A DNA stretch of 64,000 nt from assembly GCA_963669175.1 (NCBI GenBank), contig OY769902.1, forward strand, positions 672,001 through 736,000, in the 5' to 3' direction. Under the pieces are notes generated by a model. It was given only the letters and a program-made list of their open reading frames with translations. It did no database searches and was not told where the DNA came from. This DNA is from a bacterium (GTDB lineage: Bacteria; Electryoneota; Electryoneia; Electryoneales; Electryoneaceae). Of the stretch, positions 29,459 to 37,975 are shown in pieces. Position 1 is the first letter of the stretch, and each line of letters begins with the position of its first letter. Position numbers and translations under genes: made by a program.

Positions 29459-31702
29459 ATGAAGTGTCCATGGTTCGCTATTCCTGCAGTTTTTCTTTCT
29501 GCTTTTGTCGTATTCTCGTCTGATGCGTCCGCCCACAACCAGGCCCCGACCAGTTCCGATGCAGTGCATCTGGTCAAAGACAGCAAAAGTGTTTTCAGCA
29601 TCTATATACCCGGCGACGAGCTGACCGAAACCGCTGAAACATTGCAACGCTATATCCGGCAGATCTCCGGCGCCACGTTGCCCATCCTGCAGCAGGACGC
29701 TCCGGACCGGAACAGCATTGTTTTTGTCCTGAACGAGGCTGACACCGCTTTCCATGAAGATGGCTTCCTCATCCAGGCCACGGACGAATCCATACGTTTC
29801 ACCGCACATACGCCTCGTGGCCTGCAGAATGCCGTCTACACATTCCTTGAGACCTATCTCGGCTGCCGGAAATACAGCGTGCGTGTCGAGGTTATTCCGA
29901 ATACTCCGACTATCATATTGCCTGAAATTGATGATACCCAGATTCCGCTTCTAAGCTTTCGTCTGCAAGATTTCAAAGACGAGGATTATGCGGCGTGGCA
30001 CAAGTTGAGTTCGCTGGAAGAATGGGGACTGTTCGTTCATACGTTTGATGACCTGGTGCCGCCAGAAGTGTATTTCAAGGATCACCCGGCTTATTTTGCT
30101 GAAAACCAGGGCGTTCGTGTCGCTGACGGCCAGCTCTGTTTGACCAACCCCGATGTGCTGCTGATTGTGGAAGAAGACCTGCGCAAACGCATGCGTATCA
30201 ACTCCACGGCGAAATACTGGTCGGTTTCCCAGAACGATACCTACATCCCCTGCGACTGTGAGGTGTGCCGGGCGATCAATGGCGAAGAGGGAGCGCCTTC
30301 GGGTTCAATCCTGCGTTTTGTCAACCAGGTGGCCGAAAAGTTCCCCGACAAAGTGATCTCCACCCTGGCTTACCAGTATTCACGTCGCGCGCCAGCTATC
30401 ACAAAACCGGCGGCCAATGTAAACATCATGCTGTGCAGCATTGAATGTGACCGCAGCCGACCCATTGCCGAAAATACCGGCAATGCTTCCTTCGCGCGTG
30501 ATGTGCAGGAATGGAGCGAGTTGACACACAATATTTTCCTCTGGGATTATGTGATTCAGTTCCGAAACCTGGTCAGCCCGTTTCCCAACCTTTACGTCCT
30601 CCAGCCAAACATGCAGTTTTTTGTCGAAAGCGGCATTACCGCCGTATTCGAACAGGGACTGGCCGAGATGCACGGTGAATTTGCCGAGTTGCGCGCTTAC
30701 CTGCTTTCCAAGCTTTTGTGGGATCCGTATGTGGACATGGACAGCGTGATGACCGATTTTCTGGACGGCTATTATGGTGATGGCGGGCCGTATGTCCGGA
30801 AATACATTGACACCATGCACGCTGCCCTGAAACGATCCGGCGAGGGACTATCCAGCTTCGGCTACCCCTTCCCGTCGGAAGATGGCTACCTGTCCGCGGC
30901 GATGATTGACAGCTACCGTGTCATTTTCAACGAAGCCGAGCTTGCGGTGAAAGATCAGCCGGTATACCTGGAACGTATCCGGACCGCACGTCTCCCGCTT
31001 CAATATGCGCGCCTGGAACAGGCGAAACTATTGGCCTACGGCAATAACGGCTGTTTTGCGTTGGATGATGAAGGCGCGCGAACTGTACGTCCCGAGTATG
31101 CCGCATTGCTGGATACGTTTTGTATTCGCTGCGAACGTGATGGCACTCGTAAACTCTGGGAACATGGCATATCGCCGGAAGAATACCATGAAACCACGCT
31201 GGCGTTCTGGGAAGGCAGCACCACCCCACATGCCGCCTTGGATTGTACGGTAGCTTTGACAACTCCGGCCAGCGCCAAGTATCACAATGGCGAAGCTACG
31301 GCGCTGACCAATGGGTTTGTCGCGTGGAACGATTACCACATGCACTGGCTCGGGTTCGAAGGTGAAGACATGGAAGCTACCATCGACCTGGGACGTGAAA
31401 TCAGCCTGTCACGGATCGAGACTGCATTCCTTCAGGACGAAATTTCCTGGATATTCCTTCCGGTCGAAGCTGAGTTTTCTGTCTCGCGTGACGGTATTAC
31501 CTTTGTCAAACTGGGAACTGTCCCGGCATCGCTGGACCCGGCACATCATCAAGCGACCCGTGTACCGGCTGTGGTATCGTTTGAACCAAGGGAGGCGCGG
31601 TATGTGCGGGTTAAGGCGGTCAATATGAAACAGTGTCCGTCCTGGCATAAAGGCGCTGGCGGGAAAGCATGGATTTTCTGTGACGAGATCAAGGTGTATT
31701 GA
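29459..31702 (+). CDS. DUF4838-domain exported protein with C-terminal F5/8-type (discoidin) domain
   Basis: Signal peptide; GH20/67-like N-domain (EDGFLI..NAVYTFLE); QLCLTNP, SQND, TLAYQY and WDY motifs; C-terminal IDLG..ARYVRV..WIFCDEI. Confidence 0.8.
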   Translation: MKCPWFAIPAVFLSAFVVFSSDASAHNQAPTSSDAVHLVKDSKSVFSIYIPGDELTETAETLQRYIRQISGATLPILQQDAPDRNSIVFVLNEADTAFHEDGFLIQATDESIRFTAHTPRGLQNAVYTFLETYLGCRKYSVRVEVIPNTPTIILPEIDDTQIPLLSFRLQDFKDEDYAAWHKLSSLEEWGLFVHTFDDLVPPEVYFKDHPAYFAENQGVRVADGQLCLTNPDVLLIVEEDLRKRMRINSTAKYWSVSQNDTYIPCDCEVCRAINGEEGAPSGSILRFVNQVAEKFPDKVISTLAYQYSRRAPAITKPAANVNIMLCSIECDRSRPIAENTGNASFARDVQEWSELTHNIFLWDYVIQFRNLVSPFPNLYVLQPNMQFFVESGITAVFEQGLAEMHGEFAELRAYLLSKLLWDPYVDMDSVMTDFLDGYYGDGGPYVRKYIDTMHAALKRSGEGLSSFGYPFPSEDGYLSAAMIDSYRVIFNEAELAVKDQPVYLERIRTARLPLQYARLEQAKLLAYGNNGCFALDDEGARTVRPEYAALLDTFCIRCERDGTRKLWEHGISPEEYHETTLAFWEGSTTPHAALDCTVALTTPASAKYHNGEATALTNGFVAWNDYHMHWLGFEGEDMEATIDLGREISLSRIETAFLQDEISWIFLPVEAEFSVSRDGITFVKLGTVPASLDPAHHQATRVPAVVSFEPREARYVRVKAVNMKQCPSWHKGAGGKAWIFCDEIKVY

Positions 31703-31799
31703 CATTTATCCCCTCACAGGATACCAGGATAGAAGAATATCAAGGATTTATGTTTGTAGAATGTACAGGATAAACAGGATGGTAAAGATTGAAACATTA

Positions 31800-32131
31800 G
31801 GCTGCTCACAAGAATTTGTGCATACTATCGACGAGCACGTTTCGTCAGGTCTTGACGTGATGCCTTTTCTTGTTCTTCTCCGTAATTTCAGATTTCTGTC
31901 CGACTTCACACCTGCTATTTCGCATGATAGATCGTCATCAGGCATCACGTTGTGACCTGACGACAGCGAGAGTGCTGATACCGGTGGCAGGTCACAACAC
32001 GACAATAACAGGACGAGAGGTGGTTTCAGTATTATCGTGCATTCAGAAAAACATAGCGAAAGCCGAAAACGGAAAGTCGCGTCAAGACCTGCCACAACAT
32101 TGCCCGAATGCACAAATTCTTGTGAGGAACC
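31800..32131. mobile_element. 332-bp non-autonomous element with terminal inverted repeats (MITE-like), copy 1
   Basis: 24-bp TIRs GGCTGCTCACAAGAATTTGTGCAT / ATGCACAAATTCTTGTGAGGAACC (2 mismatches). Second copy of the same length at 43264-43595. Confidence 0.85.
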
Positions 32132-32132
32132 A

Positions 32133-32180
32133 AACTTTATAACTTTGTAACCTTCAAACTTTGCAACTTTCAAACTTTAA
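32133..32180. repeat. Octamer tandem repeat (AACTTTnn)
   Basis: aactttat aactttgt aaccttca aactttgc aactttca aactttaa. Also at 52711-52746 and, inverted, at 37374-37409. Confidence 0.75.
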
Positions 32181-32193
32181 AAGGATCTATTTC

Positions 32194-34833
32194 GTGAAAT
32201 ATAGATTTTTTACACTAGTTCTTATCTTCGTGATGACATCCTCAACATGGGGAGCGAAACCGGCCTATCAAAACCGGAATCTTCCTGTTGATCAGCGTGT
32301 GGAAGATCTGCTTTCTCGAATGTCGCTAGACGAGAAAGTCACCCAGTTGGACATGGTCAGCGGACGTCCCCTCGCGAATGTTGATCATCTCGACCCCCAA
32401 CTCGCCCTCACCCTGATCGGTGAACACGGTGTAGGCTCCATCCACGATTTTTACCCGGTTACACCGACTCTGGCCAACGAACTGCAAGCTTTTATCATCG
32501 CGCATAATCGCCATGGTATTCCTGCGTTGTATATCGAGGAAACGCTGCATGGGTACAAACAGGGTGGCAGCACTGTTTTCCCTGTGCCACTGGCGTTAGC
32601 CTCAACCTGGAATCCGGAACTGGTGGAAGAGGTCGGGCGCGCCATCGCTTCAGAAGCACGATCGCTAGGCGCTACGGTTGGCCTGAGCCCGGTGCTGGGC
32701 ATCGCACGTGAACCCCGTTGGGGACGCGTTGAAGAAACCTTTGGCGAGGATACTTATCTCGTTTCCGTCATGGGCCGCGCTATGATCAAGGGGTTTCAGG
32801 GCGATGACCTGAAACAACCGGACGCTATCGCAGCTACGGTCAAACATTTCGCCGTTCACAGTGTACCGGTGGCAGGTACCAATTCCTCTCCGGCCAGTGT
32901 GGGCAAACGTGAAGCGCTGCAATTTTTCCTCGAGCCCTTCCGTGTGGCGATACAGGACGGTGGGGCTCGTGGGGTGATGACCGCTTATTCGGAATGGAAT
33001 GGTGTTCCCTGTACCGGGGATCGCTGGCTGTTGACCGACCTGCTACGTGATCAATGGGAATTTGACGGTTACACCATCGCCGATATGGGCGCGATCCGTA
33101 TGTTGTCCACCTGTCACTTTTCCACCGAATCGCCCTCCGCCTCGCTCCAGCGTGCCATTTCTGCCGGGGTGGATATGCAATTCTACGATTTTCCTTCTCA
33201 TGTTTTCCGTAGCGATACCAAAGAACTGGTCGAATCCGGCGAGCTGGACGAACCCGCGCTGGATCGTGCGGTTCGGGATATCCTGCGTCTGAAATTCGAA
33301 CTGGGCCTGTTTGATAATCCCTATGTAGATCCCACGCTGGCGGAGAAAACGATTCACAGCCCGGAACATCAGGAACTGGCGTTACAGGCGGCGCGTGAAG
33401 CTGTCATCCTGCTGAAGAATAAAGGTGTTCTACCATTGGGTGAGGATATCAAACGTATCGCCGTGGTCGGCCCGGCGGGGGAAAGCACGTATACCGGAGG
33501 CTATTCACCTTTAGGGGCGTCCGGTGTTACGCTGGTAGAAGGTCTGCGCCAGGTAGTCGGAGACGAGGCTGAAGTCAGGTATGCGCAGGGCGTGTCCTTC
33601 ATTGATGCAGGTGTGCCGGTGCCGGGTAATGTGCTTTGGACACTGGATCAGAGTCAGCATGGCCTGCACGTGTCCTATTATCCCACTTTTGACCTGTCCG
33701 GTGATCCTTTGGTGACCCAAATCGACCCCGATATCAATTTCAGTTGGGATACGCACTCCCCGGTGCATGGCCTGCCGCCGGACAGTTTTTCGGTGCGTTG
33801 GGAGGGCTGGTTGATCCCAACGGAAGACATTGAGGGTTGGATCGGGGTGAGTTCGGATGATGGCTCACGTTTGTGGCTGGACGACGAGCTGGTGATCGAT
33901 GCCTGGGCGACCGGAGTGACCATCCGTCATCACTATCTGTCCCTCGAAGCAGGACGGAAATACAAAATCAGGATGGACTATCACGAGGCCCAATGGGGCG
34001 CTTCGGCAGCGCTACGCTGGCGTACCGAACCGGAGGACATCGCTTCCGCTGTGGAACTGGCGGAATGGGCGGATGTGGTGATCGTGGTTGTTGGGGAAGA
34101 CGGCATGCTGGTTGGCGAAAACCGGGATCGTCTCGCGCTGGAACTGAGCGGCAACCTGTCAGACTTGCTGGCCCGGGTGGAGCAGGCCGGAACGCCGGTC
34201 GTATTGGTGGTGATCAGCGGACGTCCCCTTGCGCTGGGTGATGATGCCAAGCGTGCCGACGCCATCCTGTACACGTTCTTCGGTGGCGAGTATGGCGGTA
34301 CCGCGCTGGCGGAAGTGTTGACCGGAAATGCCAATCCCGGCGGGAAACTGCCCGTCAGCTTGCCCTTGAATTCCGGCCAGATTCCCTGCTATTACAACCA
34401 GAAACCCTCACGGATCATGCGTTACACCGATGGCAGCGCGTACTCCCAGTATCCCTTCGGGTACGGCTTATCTTTTACCGACTTCGACTACAGCGATCTT
34501 GAATTAGCGGCGGATGCGTGGGCAGTGGATGACACAGTACGCTTCACTGTTACTGTCACCAATACCGGGGACTGTTCCGGTTCAACTGTCATTCAAGCTT
34601 ACATCAACGACCTCTACAGCACCGTAACCACCCCCCTGAAGGAATTAAAGGTATTCCAGCGTGTAACACTGGAAGCGGGGGAAAGCCGGGTTGTACCTTT
34701 CGAAATCCCGGTGTCGCATCTGGCGCTGTTCAATGCCGACTGCGAACGTGTGGTCGAGCCGGGAGTGTTTGAGCTGATGATCGGAGAATCATCTGCTGAT
34801 ATCCGGTTGGAAGGAAAGTTTGAGGTTCGGTAG
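32194..34833 (+). CDS. GH3 beta-glycosidase (beta-glucosidase/xylosidase) with PA14 and Fn3-like domains, exported
   Basis: GTG start with signal peptide; EETLHG, REPRWGRVEETFGED, KHF and nucleophile motif IADMG; PA14 (SDDGSRLW); PFGYGLS. Confidence 0.93.
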   Translation: MKYRFFTLVLIFVMTSSTWGAKPAYQNRNLPVDQRVEDLLSRMSLDEKVTQLDMVSGRPLANVDHLDPQLALTLIGEHGVGSIHDFYPVTPTLANELQAFIIAHNRHGIPALYIEETLHGYKQGGSTVFPVPLALASTWNPELVEEVGRAIASEARSLGATVGLSPVLGIAREPRWGRVEETFGEDTYLVSVMGRAMIKGFQGDDLKQPDAIAATVKHFAVHSVPVAGTNSSPASVGKREALQFFLEPFRVAIQDGGARGVMTAYSEWNGVPCTGDRWLLTDLLRDQWEFDGYTIADMGAIRMLSTCHFSTESPSASLQRAISAGVDMQFYDFPSHVFRSDTKELVESGELDEPALDRAVRDILRLKFELGLFDNPYVDPTLAEKTIHSPEHQELALQAAREAVILLKNKGVLPLGEDIKRIAVVGPAGESTYTGGYSPLGASGVTLVEGLRQVVGDEAEVRYAQGVSFIDAGVPVPGNVLWTLDQSQHGLHVSYYPTFDLSGDPLVTQIDPDINFSWDTHSPVHGLPPDSFSVRWEGWLIPTEDIEGWIGVSSDDGSRLWLDDELVIDAWATGVTIRHHYLSLEAGRKYKIRMDYHEAQWGASAALRWRTEPEDIASAVELAEWADVVIVVVGEDGMLVGENRDRLALELSGNLSDLLARVEQAGTPVVLVVISGRPLALGDDAKRADAILYTFFGGEYGGTALAEVLTGNANPGGKLPVSLPLNSGQIPCYYNQKPSRIMRYTDGSAYSQYPFGYGLSFTDFDYSDLELAADAWAVDDTVRFTVTVTNTGDCSGSTVIQAYINDLYSTVTTPLKELKVFQRVTLEAGESRVVPFEIPVSHLALFNADCERVVEPGVFELMIGESSADIRLEGKFEVR

Positions 34834-34844
34834 GGGGGGTACCC

Positions 34845-35059
34845 AAAAAACGGGACAGATCATTGCGGGTCAGTCCCTGTTTTTCTGCAAATGAATACTG
34901 ACCACACTCTCATTCCTGCGCAGGCAGGAATCCAGGCAGGTATCGACATTATTAAATGTATATTTTCTACACTGTTTTCAATGTGCCGCGTACTGCGACA
35001 ACATGTAACTCTTTGTAATATAGCAGCATGACTAGATCCCAGCCTGCACTGGGATGAAA
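34845..35059. repeat. REP-like palindromes
   Basis: AAAACGGGACAGA..CAGTCCCTGTTTTT (related to 54371-54408); CATTCCTGCGCAGGCAGGAATCC (34911); GATCCCAGCCTGCACTGGGATGA (35035). The last has relatives at 36803, 20404 and 36998. Confidence 0.7.
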
Positions 35060-35139
35060 GTATTGCGAGTTTTTTCTAACTTCGGCAACAACCGATTCAC
35101 AAAGCACGATACACCAAACAGCAGGCAGCGAGACCAACG

Positions 35140-36576
35140 ATGACCCGTTTTTTTTCAACGATCCGACTATTCATCCTCCTGGCGGTCAGCATGTGCATGG
35201 CAACACCTCTTTTCGCCGACGATAACGGCAGCGATCCCGCGAACGATAAAGAGACTGATCCGAAAGTGCTGGAGAAACTGGAACAGTGGCAGGACGCTCG
35301 TTTCGGCCTGTTAATGCACTGGGGCACGTATAGCGTGAAAGGCTGGTGCGAATCCTGGCCGATCTGTTCCGAGGACTGGGTCACTCGTGGCATGGACAAC
35401 TACGAAGACTTCAAGAAGTACTATGAAAGCCTGAAGACCGAGTTCAACCCGGTGGATTTTAACCCGGACAAATGGGCCGAACTGGCGCAAGCGGCGGGCA
35501 TGCGGTATGTGGTGTTCACGACAAAACACCATGACGGTTTCTGCATGTTCGACACCAAAACCACGGACTACAAGATCACCGACCCGGGCTGCCCCTTTTC
35601 CACCAACAAACGCGCCAACATCACCGAGGAGATTTTCAACGCCTTCCGTAAACGCGACTTCATGATTGGCGCCTACTTCTCCAAGCCGGACTGGCATTGC
35701 GATTCCTATTGGTCCCCGTACTGGGCCACACCGAACCGTCACTGCAACTACAACCCGGGGAAATACCCGGAACTGTGGCAGAAGTTCAAAGACTTCACCT
35801 ACACCCAGATTGAAGAATTGATGCGTGATTACGGGCGTGTGGATATCCTCTGGCTGGACGGTTCCTGGGTCGGGCCGGTAACCCCGTTAGAGAACGCCGA
35901 GCACGGCGGTCGTCTGAAGAACCAGGATCTGGACATGGATTCGCTGGCCGCATTGGCGCGTTCGTACCAGGAAGGGTTAATCGTTGTGGATCGTTGGGTT
36001 ACCGGGCGTCATGAAAACTACCAGACCCCGGAACAGAAGATCCCCGACGAGCCGCTTGACGGACCCTGGGAAACCTGTATGCCCATGGCGGGAGCGTGGT
36101 CCTATTACCCGGACGACAACTACAAGTCCACCCGTGAAATCCTGCGTCAACTGACGGATATCATTTCTCGTGGCGGCAATTACCTGCTGAATATCGGCGT
36201 GGACAGCAAGGGCAACCTGCCTGATGACGCTGTGAACCGTCTCGAAGAACTGGCCGACTGGATGGAAGTCAACAGCCCCGCGATCCATAACACTCGTGCG
36301 GTTGCGCCCTATCAAGACGGCAAATGTCGCCTGACCCAGGGGAAGGACGGCGCCCTCTACGCGATCTATGTCTCCGATGACGGTGAAGACTATCCACCAA
36401 CCCATATCCTGCTGACAACGCAGAATCCACCTGAAGGCAGCACGGTTACCATGCTGGGTGTGAAAGAGCCGCTGCACTGGACGAGCGTCGGAAACGGTAT
36501 CCTGATCGATATCCCGGACAAGGTGGTGAGCCATCCTCCGACGAAGTATGCGTGGGTGGTGAAGGTGGCGGAATAA
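35140..36576 (+). CDS. Alpha-L-fucosidase (GH29), exported
   Basis: Signal peptide; FGLLMHWG, TTKHHDGF, nucleophile LWLDG, WETCM and GGNYLLNIG motifs. Confidence 0.95.
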   Translation: MTRFFSTIRLFILLAVSMCMATPLFADDNGSDPANDKETDPKVLEKLEQWQDARFGLLMHWGTYSVKGWCESWPICSEDWVTRGMDNYEDFKKYYESLKTEFNPVDFNPDKWAELAQAAGMRYVVFTTKHHDGFCMFDTKTTDYKITDPGCPFSTNKRANITEEIFNAFRKRDFMIGAYFSKPDWHCDSYWSPYWATPNRHCNYNPGKYPELWQKFKDFTYTQIEELMRDYGRVDILWLDGSWVGPVTPLENAEHGGRLKNQDLDMDSLAALARSYQEGLIVVDRWVTGRHENYQTPEQKIPDEPLDGPWETCMPMAGAWSYYPDDNYKSTREILRQLTDIISRGGNYLLNIGVDSKGNLPDDAVNRLEELADWMEVNSPAIHNTRAVAPYQDGKCRLTQGKDGALYAIYVSDDGEDYPPTHILLTTQNPPEGSTVTMLGVKEPLHWTSVGNGILIDIPDKVVSHPPTKYAWVVKVAE

Positions 36577-36630
36577 CTCACCCGCATACGTAAGCGGTGT
36601 GTATTTGCTTGTTTTCTTATCTTTACTCTT

Positions 36631-37030
36631 AGCCTGCTTCAGCAGGCTCTTTTTAGCACCCGGCTTCAGCCGGGGTGTCAACGATGCACGATAATTGGGT
36701 AAGCGCGCTTCAGCGTGCTTTCCAGTGATGCTGCCTGTTTCACAACCACACCGCACGCGATTGTGTCAGATGCCAGCCTCATTACACTGTCCGGCTTGCC
36801 TGGATCCCAGCCTTCGCTGGGATGAGAGTGGTGAATATTCTGATAACAATCTGCTATTTGAAGATAAGAAAACTGAAGGACTATCTTCTTTATTTTATTT
36901 AAAATAGACCACCGCCGGGCAGCCACCTTCGCTTCGCTACGGTTTGCTTCAAGCCGGCGGGGCCAAACAGATTGAAGCCTGACACTTCAAATCTCGAGAT
37001 CCCCGGTCGGTGCCGGGGATGACAGGGTAT
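36631..37030. repeat. Cluster of REP-like hairpins (GCTTCAGC-loop units, GATCCC..GGGATGA units, TAGACCACCGCCGG unit)
   Basis: AGCCTGCTTCAGCAGGCT, CCCGGCTTCAGCCGGG and AAGCGCGCTTCAGCGTGCTT; 36869-37030 is homologous to 20285-20435. Confidence 0.75.
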
Positions 37031-37106
37031 TCGGTTTGATACCCGCCTGGTGAACAGCAGCGCCCTTTGCCTGTCACGCTGGATGGCACATAATTGGCAA
37101 ACGCAG

Positions 37107-37140
37107 AAAACCCGCAGGCCTCTTTCGAAGACTACGGGTT
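37107..37140 (-). terminator. Probable terminator downstream of tRNA-Gln
   Basis: Minus strand AACCCGTAG...CTGCGGGTT followed by TTCT. Confidence 0.55.
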
Positions 37141-37144
37141 CAAG

Positions 37145-37218
37145 TGGCTGGGGAACAGGGATTCGAACCCCGATTCTACGGTCCAGAGCCGCATGTCCTG
37201 CCGTTGGACGATTCCCCA
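37145..37218 (-). tRNA. tRNA-Gln (anticodon CTG)
   Basis: TGGGGAATCGTCCAACGGCAGGACATGCGGCTCTGGACCGTAGAATCGGGGTTCGAATCCCTGTTCCCCAGCCA forms a cloverleaf with GGTTCGAATCC T-arm and encoded CCA. Confidence 0.97.
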
Positions 37219-37229
37219 ATCGGACTGGA

Positions 37230-37258
37230 AAGCTAATAAACCACTCATCGTGAGTCAA
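37230..37258 (-). promoter_or_regulatory. Sigma70-like promoter of tRNA-Gln
   Basis: Minus strand TTGACT-17 bp-TAGCTT ending 11 bp before the tRNA 5' end. Confidence 0.6.
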
Positions 37259-37373
37259 CCCATTGGCTCGGGGGTCAGAGGCTCATTGAACCTGTTGAGA
37301 TTTATCTTGTTGAACCGAATACCAGAGGGATTTTTTCTCCGAATAATTGCGCTAACACGGGATGTGTACAGGA

Positions 37374-37952
37374 AGTTTGAAAGTTGACAAGTTGGAAAGT
37401 TCTAAAGTTATCCCTATCCTTGTCATCCTTCTTCCGTTCATCCAGGAGTCAGGCGACACCCGACAGCAAGCAGTCGGGCCACACGGCCTTTAATTTCATT
37501 TAGAAATAGACCGCCGCCGGGCAACAGCCTTCGCAAGCTACGGCATGTTTCAAGCCGGCGGGGCCAAATGCGCATCCACTTTACTCTTGTCGTTCGGTCT
37601 ATCCCGTAAACACTACCACACCACACTCAACAAAACAAATCCTTCGCATCTTTTTCATCCTGTCTATCCTGTACATTCTGCCACCATACATACAATAGAA
37701 AACATCCTTCTATCCTATCATCCTGTGAGTCAATTCTGTAAGTACAGCGCAGTCCCGACTTGCTATCACGTCCAGCTTTAGGTCAATCCCTCATTCATCG
37801 CAAACCATTATTATGTATTGCATCGCATCAAGGGCAAATCGGGCCAAGCCTCTTGAAGCTTGCAAGCTCCAAAGTTTGTTTTTATCCTTGGCATCCTTCT
37901 ATCCTATCATCCTGTGAGTCAGACGACACCCGACAGCAAGCAGTCGGGCCAC
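37374..37952. repeat. Mosaic of short repeats (AAGTT octamers, ATCCTG 9-mers, GTGG-CCCGAC REP x2, TAGACC hairpin)
   Basis: CGACACCCGACAGCAAGCAGTCGGGCCAC at about 37454 and 37924; TAGACCGCCGCCGG hairpin at 37507; CATCCTGTCTATCCTGTACATTCT is the inverse of 31755-31785. Confidence 0.75.
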
Positions 37953-37975
37953 GCATCCCGCCACTGACTCAGCAT

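Noticed and set aside
31748-32173. 141-aa ORF similar to the 86-aa ORF at 43353-43613
   Set aside because: The similarity comes from the non-coding 332-bp element; the frame is not conserved between copies and has no transposase motifs.
37145-37218. tRNA-Gln as attachment site of a genomic island carrying the glycan locus
   Set aside because: No integrase and no duplicated tRNA 3' end were found in the window.
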